DNA of 64,000 bases from a virus. Taxonomy: Duplodnaviria > Caudoviricetes. Both the position numbers and the translations under genes were made by a program. The stretch is from positions 128,001 to 192,000 of the IMG/VR virus record IMGVR_UViG_3300014208_000026; one strand, 5' to 3'. The notes beneath the pieces were generated by a model. The model did no database searches, had not been told where the DNA came from, and saw only the letters and a program-made list of their open reading frames with translations. This document shows positions 6,666 through 14,763 of this stretch, piece by piece. Positions within the stretch are counted from its first letter, which is position 1. The number at the start of each line of letters is the position of its first letter.

Positions 6666-7910
6666 TTAGTTCTTTGGAGTCTGAATAGAGAAGGAGGCCG
6701 CAGTCATCATTCGACGGGCGTAGTCCTGTACGAGCTGACGCATCTTGTCGAATCGGCAGTTTCCGATTCGGGCTTTGACGTGTTCCAGCGTTTGTTCGGA
6801 CAGATCGATGGACCTGCCTCGATAGAAGCTTTTGTCTACGAACATCCAGGCATAGCCAGAAGAAGTCTGGGCCCCGTTTGCCAGATTGAACAGTACGTGG
6901 GACACAGAGGTCATCAACTGGGCGTCGGTGAACTTTCCGTCCGCTACGTCCTCGATGATCTTTTTCATCTCTACGCAGGCGTCCTCTACGTTCTTGGGGT
7001 TGGTGGCTGCGTAGAGAACAGCCGTGCCGTTATCCCAGGAGCCCATCTCGAACATCGCGGTATCGTAGCACAGGCCCTTCTCTTCTCGAAGCCGAAGGAA
7101 CGCCAGGGAGTGCATTCCGCCGCCGATGAGATCCTGGGCAATATCATCGGCGTGGTGATTCAAACAGCTATCCTTGAAGGCGAGCCCTGGCATGAGGAGG
7201 GCTACATACGCCTGATCGGCTGCATGTTGGAAGAGGTGGGTTTTCGGGGAGGCCCACGTTCCGGTATCCGATTCGATTGTCGGAATGCTGTTTGGAGTGC
7301 CGGGTTCCAGGACGTATTGGTCCAGAACGATGGAGAGGTCGGGGTTTGCAGAGAGATCCCCGACCAGGGCTACAACTACGTTCTGTGCGGTGTAGTTGGC
7401 GGCCTTGTAGACTTTCAGGTCGTCCAGGGTCATATCGAGGATATCCTGGCGCTCACCGAGTGTTTCTCTGCCCAGGATAGGGCCGAAGTGGGCGGTCTCG
7501 GTCATGCCGAAGAAGTGGGAGGCGGGGTCATCCTCGAACCTCTGGCGTTCTTCCAGAATGACGTTCCGCTCTCGTTCGAATTCATCCTGGTCCAGGGAAG
7601 GCGTGAAGGCCATTTCGCAGAGGTAGCCGAGGGCTTCCAGGATCTTGTCGGGGGTAGTGTCGATGTAGAATGCGGTTCGGTCGTTGTCAGTGTAGGCGTT
7701 CGTGCTACCTATGGCCGCGATGAGGCGGTTCATCTCTTCATAGGATCTTTTCGCTGTCCCTTTGAAGATCATATGCTCCAGGAAGTGGGCCGTTCCCGAT
7801 CGCACGTCCTGGATGGAGCCTGAGTTGACGATGATGCGGACCGACACGACCGGTGTCGGCATATGATGCTTGATGACCCGGAACCGGCCGATTGTTTCTA
7901 CGACGGGCAT
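6666..7910 (-). CDS. M16 family zinc metallopeptidase (insulinase/pitrilysin-like)
   Basis: Inverted zinc motif HxxEH in GTAHFLEHMIFKGT; NAYTDNDRTAFY; ERNVILEE; C-terminal LREEKGLCY. Confidence 0.95.
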   Translation of the reverse strand: MPVVETIGRFRVIKHHMPTPVVSVRIIVNSGSIQDVRSGTAHFLEHMIFKGTAKRSYEEMNRLIAAIGSTNAYTDNDRTAFYIDTTPDKILEALGYLCEMAFTPSLDQDEFERERNVILEERQRFEDDPASHFFGMTETAHFGPILGRETLGERQDILDMTLDDLKVYKAANYTAQNVVVALVGDLSANPDLSIVLDQYVLEPGTPNSIPTIESDTGTWASPKTHLFQHAADQAYVALLMPGLAFKDSCLNHHADDIAQDLIGGGMHSLAFLRLREEKGLCYDTAMFEMGSWDNGTAVLYAATNPKNVEDACVEMKKIIEDVADGKFTDAQLMTSVSHVLFNLANGAQTSSGYAWMFVDKSFYRGRSIDLSEQTLEHVKARIGNCRFDKMRQLVQDYARRMMTAASFSIQTPKN

Positions 7911-8078
7911 GGCAGGATTCCTTTTCCGAAGGTTATTGCTCCGCTACTATACCCGAACGGAGGGATTCAGATTCGAGGGGAGTGGTTTCTCGTCAAAGGA
8001 GACGAGTTATGAGGGTGTTTCTGGTTTGTCTCGTCGTAGATTGCGAGTTAGCCTGTTTTCGGGAACCTTTTCTGGACG

Positions 8079-8101
8079 TATCTCGCAACGGTTGCGAGAT
8101 A
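8079..8101. repeat. Perfect inverted repeat with 11-bp arms
   Basis: TATCTCGCAAC-G-GTTGCGAGATA; TAGATTGCGAG direct repeats at 8037 and 8112. Confidence 0.85.
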
Positions 8102-8124
8102 GGTTGCTGGATAGATTGCGAGAT

Positions 8125-8640
8125 TCAGGCCAGGGCCCCGAGCAACAGGACCATGATCTCGTCGATCACGTCGGATTTAGCTCCAGGGCGGCCCTGACAG
8201 GTGGTCTTGACGAGTTTCTTGACGGCAGGGGTCTCATCCCTAAAGAGAATATAGACGTAGACCTCCCCCACCTTGGAAGCAGCGGCATTCGCGGGATCTA
8301 CGCGGGACAGGCTACCCGTTACTCCGACTGACACAGAGGCTCCGGTGCCCCTCATACCTACGGCGGCCATCTCTCGTGCTACCTCGAAGGAGTAGACAGA
8401 GTACTCCGCTATCTGTCTCTCCATGGTTCGTGCCCAAGCTCCTGTTTCGTCTACGGAGCGGGCCAGCCGGATTTTGGCCTCGTTGCAGTACACCACGAAC
8501 CCCTGTTTGAAGATCTCGCTGGCTCCAGGGATATCGGTGATTGCGTTCGCTAGTCCTCCACCGGTACAGGATTCGACCGTGGTGAGGGTGAGTTTCTTGG
8601 CGGCCAAGGTTTTGACAACCTCTTCAGCAAAATGGCTCAT
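8125..8640 (-). CDS. pncC: NMN deamidase (CinA C-terminal domain, PncC)
   Basis: TVESCTGG, PGAS, VVYCNEAK, EVAREMA and VGVTG motifs; the catalytic Ser and Lys positions of the family are retained. Confidence 0.92.
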   Translation of the reverse strand: MSHFAEEVVKTLAAKKLTLTTVESCTGGGLANAITDIPGASEIFKQGFVVYCNEAKIRLARSVDETGAWARTMERQIAEYSVYSFEVAREMAAVGMRGTGASVSVGVTGSLSRVDPANAAASKVGEVYVYILFRDETPAVKKLVKTTCQGRPGAKSDVIDEIMVLLLGALA

Positions 8641-8972
8641 TCAGGAACCTCTGTGTGGGCGGTTACAACTTGCTTGAAGCCCTGGTCTGTCAGCACCTTG
8701 TCCCCAAGGAGTATTTCCGAGACGAGGACCCAGCGGGGGTCTTGGCGGCCTCTCATGGTGAGAATCCGCAAGTCCTCGTCAGGTCTTGTTTCCAGGATTT
8801 CTTCCATGGACGTGATTTTGACCATGAAGTCATATCCGGACGGGCGGATTTCATCTCCGATGTTGACGTTTTGGGCTTCTGCCCAGGCGGGGTAGTTGGC
8901 TCCCTTTTTACAAACCCAGAGCTTGAAATTCGGGGTGAGTTTCCACTGGTTGTTGAACAGGATAGGGTTCAT
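8637..8972 (-). CDS. Small protein with degenerate Hint/intein-like segments
   Basis: ATGA overlaps at both ends; LTPNFKLWV...WAEAQNVNIGDEI and WVLVSEILLGDKVLT patterns. Confidence 0.7.
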   Translation of the reverse strand: MNPILFNNQWKLTPNFKLWVCKKGANYPAWAEAQNVNIGDEIRPSGYDFMVKITSMEEILETRPDEDLRILTMRGRQDPRWVLVSEILLGDKVLTDQGFKQVVTAHTEVPE

Positions 8973-10891
8973 TCTTGGATCCTCCAATCTGCGAACAGTG
9001 CCTTTTCAGGGTCTTCATCATGGTCCTGGCCCGACTTGAAAGCCTTGCCGATCATGCGCAGCGCCTTGGCCTCGTCGGTTCCGATCGTGCGGTGCTCTTG
9101 GACCTTTAACTTCCACCACCGGACCAACCGCTCCGCCCGAGCCCGCTCCGGCTCGCTGTTTGGGTCAAGAGGATTCACGCCGTTCTGGGACAGGACCAGA
9201 TCGATGAACGGACGTTCCGCCTCGGTTTCCGTCTTCTTGAGCTGGTGCCAGTGGAACATCGGCTGGAAGAAGTCGACGTAGAACTCCCGCTGAGAGCGAT
9301 TCTTGAGGAGGTGCTCGATCACCCGCCAGGAGAGCAGATCGAAGGGCAACACCTCGCTGTCGTAAGCGCCGAAGGTGAGCCTGTTTTTTCGGTACTGCGG
9401 TTCCGGGTTGTATTTGAACGCAAAGTCAAACGTGTAGGGGTAACTTTTGAATCCCGATTCCAGGGTATGCAGGTCACCGCTGGAAGGCCAGCGGTCGATA
9501 CGCTTGTTTCCGGTCCGGCCATACAGAGGATGATGTCGATCAGAGGAATGTCGATAGTCAGGAGTACCGATCCAAAGTACGCGCTGACCTTCTCCCAGCT
9601 TGGACTGCAACCACTCGCGGTAGCTTTTCCAGGTGATGCTGTCCAGGGCGGATCCTGGCAGAATCTTGTTGCCTTCGTCGTTACGGACGAGACGGAAGTA
9701 GAGGTCGACGTGCTCAGGGTTGAAAACATCGATCTTGGGGCAGGGCAAGGGATGGAACACAGGGGACCGTTCCAGCAGGCCCTGCACGGCGATCAGTCCG
9801 CCGATATACTGCTTCAGTTGGTTCTCTGCATTCTTCTTGTCACTGCCCCAAACAGTCTTCTCCTGGTGCAGGAAATCAAACTCCTCGGTTTGCTGGAAGA
9901 AGCGGGGCCACAGTTTCACGTCCGTCCAGATTCGGTAGAGGCACTCGCCGTTTCTAATCAGGAGGTAGGTCTTCTTGTCCTCCTCCGCTTCCTGAGCCTT
10001 GAAGTAGCGTTCGGCGGGGTCCTCGTTATAGCCCCGATCCTTTTCCTTACGACGGATGCGGAGGGCTACGATCCCCTTCTGAGCAGGCAGAACTTGGTTC
10101 AAGTGGGCAGAGTCGGACGTGACCCACGAGTCGAAAGCTTCGATGGTCCTGTAGTCGAACTGGCCGATCTTCTCGGGGTTGTGAAGCCAGTCCCACAAGG
10201 CACACTCTTCGTCCATACAAAGCGTCTGCTGGTAAATCGTGATGGGCTCGGTCGCAGAGGCCGGAGTCCCTGTGGACAGTTGGAGGATCTCCTCGTGGGA
10301 CCCCAGGAACAGCTCGATGATCCAGATATTCTCTAATCGCTTCTTGACTTCGGCGTTGAGGACGGCGACCTGACTTTCCAATTCTCGCTTCTGGAGTTCC
10401 AGTTCCCCCTGCTTGCGGGCCAGCTCAAGCTGCTTGGCTTCGATCTCCGACCGCTTGGCCTGGGTGATTCCGGCCAGGGTCTGGTTTCTCACAGGAGCAA
10501 GGTCGGTAGAGCCACTCAGGGCTCGTTCGGTGGTCTGTTGGATGCTGTTCGGGAGCATCCCGATGCTGAAGTCTTCAGCCTCGTCTCCCTCGGGAGGGAT
10601 CTGGGCGATCTCTACGTGGCGTCCATCTACGATGACGGAGACGGGGATATAACCTCCCGGGAGGCTTTCGAGGTAGGTGTCTTCGAGGTAGCCCCTGGCA
10701 CTGAGAACTTGGGACTTCACCCTGTGGTCTTTGTCCGTGTATTGATGGGGGAACAAAACTCCGACACGGAACACACGGACAGCCTTGGCAAGGGAGTCAG
10801 CGGTGATGTGCTTGGGTTGCGTGGCCCCGCCATGGTAGGAGTCCAGCCCGAAGTAGTAAGCGGTCGATTTTCCGTCGTACTGGCACTTCAT
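8969..10891 (-). CDS. Large hypothetical protein (640 aa) with a coiled coil
   Basis: Start reassigned to MKCQYDG at 10891, after the HD gene stop; coiled coil KRSEIEAKQLELARKQGELELQKRELE. Confidence 0.8.
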   Translation of the reverse strand: MKCQYDGKSTAYYFGLDSYHGGATQPKHITADSLAKAVRVFRVGVLFPHQYTDKDHRVKSQVLSARGYLEDTYLESLPGGYIPVSVIVDGRHVEIAQIPPEGDEAEDFSIGMLPNSIQQTTERALSGSTDLAPVRNQTLAGITQAKRSEIEAKQLELARKQGELELQKRELESQVAVLNAEVKKRLENIWIIELFLGSHEEILQLSTGTPASATEPITIYQQTLCMDEECALWDWLHNPEKIGQFDYRTIEAFDSWVTSDSAHLNQVLPAQKGIVALRIRRKEKDRGYNEDPAERYFKAQEAEEDKKTYLLIRNGECLYRIWTDVKLWPRFFQQTEEFDFLHQEKTVWGSDKKNAENQLKQYIGGLIAVQGLLERSPVFHPLPCPKIDVFNPEHVDLYFRLVRNDEGNKILPGSALDSITWKSYREWLQSKLGEGQRVLWIGTPDYRHSSDRHHPLYGRTGNKRIDRWPSSGDLHTLESGFKSYPYTFDFAFKYNPEPQYRKNRLTFGAYDSEVLPFDLLSWRVIEHLLKNRSQREFYVDFFQPMFHWHQLKKTETEAERPFIDLVLSQNGVNPLDPNSEPERARAERLVRWWKLKVQEHRTIGTDEAKALRMIGKAFKSGQDHDEDPEKALFADWRIQE

Positions 10892-10898
10892 TTTATTC

Positions 10899-11438
10899 TC
10901 AGCTTTCCAACAGCCGGTCGTACTCGGCCCACATGGCATCGCACACGCCAACGCTGTGGTAGGCGAGGTAGAAGGTTTTCCGCTCCTTGCGGTACATGTG
11001 GAACAGGCTACCGCGGTCCTGGAGGGTGGACCGGATGTTGGCAATGCGATCTGCCAGCTTCACCCTCATTCCGATTGGTACCGCGTCCCACTCTTCGTCA
11101 CTTAGAGGTGCTCTTTCATCTCGTTCTTCCCAAGCGGCGATGTCGCGGATAACAGCGGCATAGGTATCCCTTTTCCGCAGACGCCTGTTCGGCCCGAGTT
11201 CGTCCGTGGCAAACAGGACGGCACGGGCGACTGCGCTGCCGAAGATTCCCAGGAGAGTCGAGAATTCGGTTTTGGTGTCCTCCAGTACGTCGTGAAGGTA
11301 CGCCGCTGCTAGGGTCTCGTCGTCCGTGTACCCGAACTCCTTCAGCACCCCCACCACGCCATCCAGGTGGACAACGTAGGGCTCCGTGCCATATTTCTGA
11401 TCGCCGTGGGCTTTGATCGCAAACTCTCTCGCGTCCAT
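10899..11438 (-). CDS. RelA/SpoT-type HD hydrolase (stand-alone small alarmone hydrolase, Mesh1-like)
   Basis: AHGDQKY..EPYVVH, AAYLHDVLEDT and VKLADRIANIR motifs; no synthetase domain. Confidence 0.9.
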   Translation of the reverse strand: MDAREFAIKAHGDQKYGTEPYVVHLDGVVGVLKEFGYTDDETLAAAYLHDVLEDTKTEFSTLLGIFGSAVARAVLFATDELGPNRRLRKRDTYAAVIRDIAAWEERDERAPLSDEEWDAVPIGMRVKLADRIANIRSTLQDRGSLFHMYRKERKTFYLAYHSVGVCDAMWAEYDRLLES

Positions 11439-11466
11439 TTTCTAGAACCCTCCCTAGTCACTTCCC

Positions 11467-11504
11467 GTATACACCGAACCTGGAAGGAATGAAACTGAAA
11501 TCGT
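11467..11504 (-). promoter_or_regulatory. Conserved 38-bp motif, copy 2
   Basis: Plus strand GTATACACC-N11-GAATGAAACTGAAATCGT. Confidence 0.75.
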
Positions 11505-11510
11505 ACGCAG

Positions 11511-11966
11511 TCAATCTCGACAATCGGGGCAGAGGTACAGACTTCCGAGGTGGTCCTGGAGGGCAATCCAAACCTGCCAGCTAGCAGGGCCAGAGCCTGC
11601 AACTACATCGGAAGCCGTCACTTCCATCCACGGAACCCCCAGAGCGTCGAGGTCACCGGCCTTGATGCTGTCGACGGCTTTCTTGTTCCGCACCTCTATG
11701 AGAGCCACGGGGTTCCTGGCTTTGTCGAACAGGCACACGTCAGCTCTCCGTCCGTTGGATAACAGGTACTCGATGAGTACGTCATGGTACTCGGGCAGGA
11801 CTTCGTAGAGGTCGAGGATCTCAGCATCCCCGAAGTCAAACAGGACTTGATTACCGCCCTGACAGCGGACGCAGAACCGTACAACGTCTATAGGTTCCCT
11901 GTTGGACAGAGCCCTGGCTACGATGGCTTTGGCGTTTTGATGGTGGACAGATTCTGTTCGTTTCAA
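11511..11966 (-). CDS. PD-(D/E)xK-type nuclease-like protein (CoiA-like)
   Basis: RRADVCL...ALIEVRNK...WMEV; CxxC pairs; start codon uncertain. Confidence 0.65.
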   Translation of the reverse strand: MKRTESVHHQNAKAIVARALSNREPIDVVRFCVRCQGGNQVLFDFGDAEILDLYEVLPEYHDVLIEYLLSNGRRADVCLFDKARNPVALIEVRNKKAVDSIKAGDLDALGVPWMEVTASDVVAGSGPASWQVWIALQDHLGSLYLCPDCRD

Positions 11967-12003
11967 CGCAGCCTGCGCCTTTGTAGGGCCTCAGGCTATC
12001 ATT

Positions 12004-13170
12004 TTACCGCAGGAGAGTGCCTTCGAGAAAGTGAATCTTGGTTTCCACGTTATTGAGGGGAAACTCAAGGGCAATATCAATTCTGTTCATGTTCAATTGT
12101 GCTTCATTCCGTTTCTGCTCCCAAGTATCCCGCTCCGTGAGCAGTGCCTTACGGACTTCGATCAGGCGATTCCGCTCTGCTATAAGTTCCGCATGGATTT
12201 TGCGGAGAGTCTGTTGGAATGCATCTTTGGTTTCAACAGCTACGCTGAGGACTACGTTGATAGCGGTCTCAGCATCCTGTTTTCCAGGCACGTACCGGTG
12301 CATTTCTTCCAAGGCTTCCGGAGTAGGGATAGGCAACGGGGGAGTCGTGAGAGTCCCCTGCTGAGGCGGCAGTTCTCTGATCTTGGATTTATCGAAGGGG
12401 TCCACTACCTCACTGTCGTATCTCACGCCCTTCGGGACCTGATCAACAATGTAGGTTTTGATTTTGGGTTCTGGGGGTTGCAGTCCCAACCCTGTGTAAA
12501 TGAGTCTGTCCCATTCAGGGTCTTTTTCCGGCTCAGGGACCGACACGTAGTCAGAGCATTCCGGAGCCAGGAGATTCAGGACCGCTTTTTCATCCTTGGT
12601 CTGTCGGGCTTCCATTTTTGGAGGGGGCGTGGGGAGGGGGAACTCCCGAATAGTGCCGTTGGCAAGGTGCCTCAGCATCAGCCAGACACTTCGGGCCAGC
12701 AGCAGAGCCGCTTTGTCCGCGTCCTCGTCCGACTCGTAGTGATCGAATCCAATTCGGGTGCTTTCCACCCAGAGGGATACAGCGGTTTCACTACTGCGAT
12801 GTCCTTGTTCCGGACCTCCGGTCCAAACTTGGATATTGGCGCAACGCCACTTACGGCCTATCTCTCTGGAGGGTGATTCATTGACCGGCAGTTGAGAGGA
12901 AGGAGTAGGCAGGAGGGGCTGAAAAGAATGGCGTCGCACATACTCAGCGAGCCGATCGCAGCAGATATCGTGGACGTTCCTGGCTGCTCGAAGTGCTGCA
13001 GTCTGGTCCGTGAAGTGAACAGTGACCCGTTCCCCTTCCTTGTTGCTGGCCCTGTTGCCGCTGAGGAGTCGGGCGAAGAAAACTTCGAAGCTGTTCTCGT
13101 TTTTCTTGTTGGTTCCCGAGATATACTGAGTCCCGGGGAAAATGTGGCTGTCCCGCGACGAGATGGTCAT
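12004..13170 (-). CDS. Hypothetical protein with Pro-rich linker and C-terminal coiled coil
   Basis: 388-aa ORF with gene-like composition. Confidence 0.7.
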   Translation of the reverse strand: MTISSRDSHIFPGTQYISGTNKKNENSFEVFFARLLSGNRASNKEGERVTVHFTDQTAALRAARNVHDICCDRLAEYVRRHSFQPLLPTPSSQLPVNESPSREIGRKWRCANIQVWTGGPEQGHRSSETAVSLWVESTRIGFDHYESDEDADKAALLLARSVWLMLRHLANGTIREFPLPTPPPKMEARQTKDEKAVLNLLAPECSDYVSVPEPEKDPEWDRLIYTGLGLQPPEPKIKTYIVDQVPKGVRYDSEVVDPFDKSKIRELPPQQGTLTTPPLPIPTPEALEEMHRYVPGKQDAETAINVVLSVAVETKDAFQQTLRKIHAELIAERNRLIEVRKALLTERDTWEQKRNEAQLNMNRIDIALEFPLNNVETKIHFLEGTLLR

Positions 13171-13267
13171 GGATTTGAACTCCGGCAGATTGTCCGTCCT
13201 CTATATACTCCATTCGGCGGTAAAGCGTCTATAGGTTTCGCTAGACAGGGAGCCAAAGGAAGAAACC

Positions 13268-13591
13268 ATGACTCGCCCCAAGATTTTCGAACATGCCAAG
13301 ACGGCTCTGACTGTTCTCGTGATCCCCCTGTTCGTGTGGGGGGTGGGGTTGGAACGGGAGCGGGCAACTAACCAGCAGATCCTGGTAGATCTGAGGGGCT
13401 CAGTTGAATCACTGACACAGGACCTGAAGGAGTCCAGGGAGAAGTCTGCAGCGAAAATGGCCGAAGGTAGATTAGCAGATCAGGCTATTCGTGAGGACGT
13501 CATTCGACTCGGCGGCAAGCTGGACGCTCTGAAAGAAAGCACCGTGAAGATCGAGGATCTGTTGAAAGAGATCCTGCGGAGAGGGCATTAG
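13268..13591 (+). CDS. Membrane protein, one TM plus coiled coil (holin/spanin-like candidate)
   Basis: ALTVLVIPLFVWGVGL followed by heptad-rich sequence; AGGA RBS. Confidence 0.65.
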   Translation: MTRPKIFEHAKTALTVLVIPLFVWGVGLERERATNQQILVDLRGSVESLTQDLKESREKSAAKMAEGRLADQAIREDVIRLGGKLDALKESTVKIEDLLKEILRRGH

Positions 13592-13593
13592 CC

Positions 13594-13839
13594 ATGCTAT
13601 CTGTAGTTTTGCTCTTCTCATTCCTGTGGTTGGGCCAGTCTGTTCCGGAATGCCCCCAGGGCACTGCCCCCGCTCCTGCTTTGCAGTCGGATCCTTTCGT
13701 GCTCATCCCTGCCGAAGACCCTCCCGCGATGCAGATTCAGCAGGTGGTCCAGGACGCAGATATTCTTCAGCAGAGAGTTGAAATCCTCGAATCCCTCGTG
13801 CGCCAGAATAGAGACCAGCTTGCAAGGCAGGTCCAATGA
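13594..13839 (+). CDS. Small exported or membrane-anchored protein
   Basis: Hydrophobic N-terminus MLSVVLLFSFLWLG and C-terminal coiled coil. Confidence 0.65.
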   Translation: MLSVVLLFSFLWLGQSVPECPQGTAPAPALQSDPFVLIPAEDPPAMQIQQVVQDADILQQRVEILESLVRQNRDQLARQVQ

Positions 13840-14051
13840 AAAAGGGCGAACGGGTCTACGAGTATCAAACCCCTGACGGTAAGGTCTTCTGGTCTTACGA
13901 GAGACTCCCGAATATCACGACCAACAACATGCGGCTTATCCTGCAAAGTGTAGTGGGCCAGCACATTAACAATTTCCTCCATGCTGTCAGGCAACGAGGC
14001 GTAGAGATCCGGCAAGCTGAGGAAGCGTCTCTGGAGTCCGAGGCCGAGTAA
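13836..14051 (+). CDS. Small hypothetical protein
   Basis: 71 aa, ATGA overlap. Confidence 0.7.
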   Translation: MKKGERVYEYQTPDGKVFWSYERLPNITTNNMRLILQSVVGQHINNFLHAVRQRGVEIRQAEEASLESEAE

Positions 14052-14118
14052 AAAATCTCCCGTCAGTTCCGATCGGGCCGGTACTATTACCTTCGAACAC
14101 CGCTTTGGAGAAGATTCA

Positions 14119-14478
14119 ATGGCAGACACCACGGACAACGTCGTAGACATGAGCGCCCACAAGGCCAAGGACCCCAGCATCGTTGGCTCCCTGAATGAAG
14201 AGGAGCAGCAGCAGGTAACGTTCCTGAGCCAGCGAGCCCAGGCTCTCACCAATCAGATCGGTGAGATTTCGATTCGACACTCGCGTCTCCTCGGGGCTTT
14301 CGGTGAAGTGGAGCAGCAGGCCCAGCAGACCATGATGGCAGCGGCCAAGCGTCTCGGTGTGCCGGACGGCCGTCAGTTCAACATCCTGCCTTCCGGTGAA
14401 GTGCAGCTCGTGCCGATCAAGGCTCCCGCTCCGCAGCCTCAGCCTGTCCACAAGACCGAAGACGCTCCCACCGTCTAG
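14119..14478 (+). CDS. Hypothetical protein
   Basis: 119 aa, GGAG RBS, strong codon bias. Confidence 0.75.
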   Translation: MADTTDNVVDMSAHKAKDPSIVGSLNEEEQQQVTFLSQRAQALTNQIGEISIRHSRLLGAFGEVEQQAQQTMMAAAKRLGVPDGRQFNILPSGEVQLVPIKAPAPQPQPVHKTEDAPTV

Positions 14479-14507
14479 TTGACACTCCGCCTTTCCCGTG
14501 CTATCTT
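14479..14507 (+). promoter_or_regulatory. sigma70-type promoter with extended -10
   Basis: TTGACA(14479)-17 nt-TATCTT(14502), with TG-n before the -10. Confidence 0.7.
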
Positions 14508-14526
14508 CCCAAAGTAACAGTCTCAG

Positions 14527-14709
14527 GTGCTCTCGATGCACACCAGCGACAAGTACGACGCAGTTGCGGAGATCCTGCACGAGAAAAGGTTGAATGCTAC
14601 CAGCAACTTCCACAAGACTCTCCTAGGCGTCCTGGAAAGTTGTGTTCGTGAGACTACCCCAGACAAAGAACACGACTACAGGATTCCGGAGCCCTCTCCC
14701 TCCCGCTAG
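14527..14709 (+). CDS. Small hypothetical protein
   Basis: 60-aa ORF directly after the sigma70 promoter. Confidence 0.55.
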   Translation: MLSMHTSDKYDAVAEILHEKRLNATSNFHKTLLGVLESCVRETTPDKEHDYRIPEPSPSR

Positions 14710-14763
14710 TCGTCCTATAGGTTTCGGTTCTATGGGTTACACCTACGGAACCGGAACTATCCA

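Noticed and set aside
6780-7823. 347-aa plus-strand ORF and similar long shadow ORFs (9245..10336, 12031..12876, 30849..31694, 53024..54283)
   Set aside because: Antisense shadows of well-supported genes
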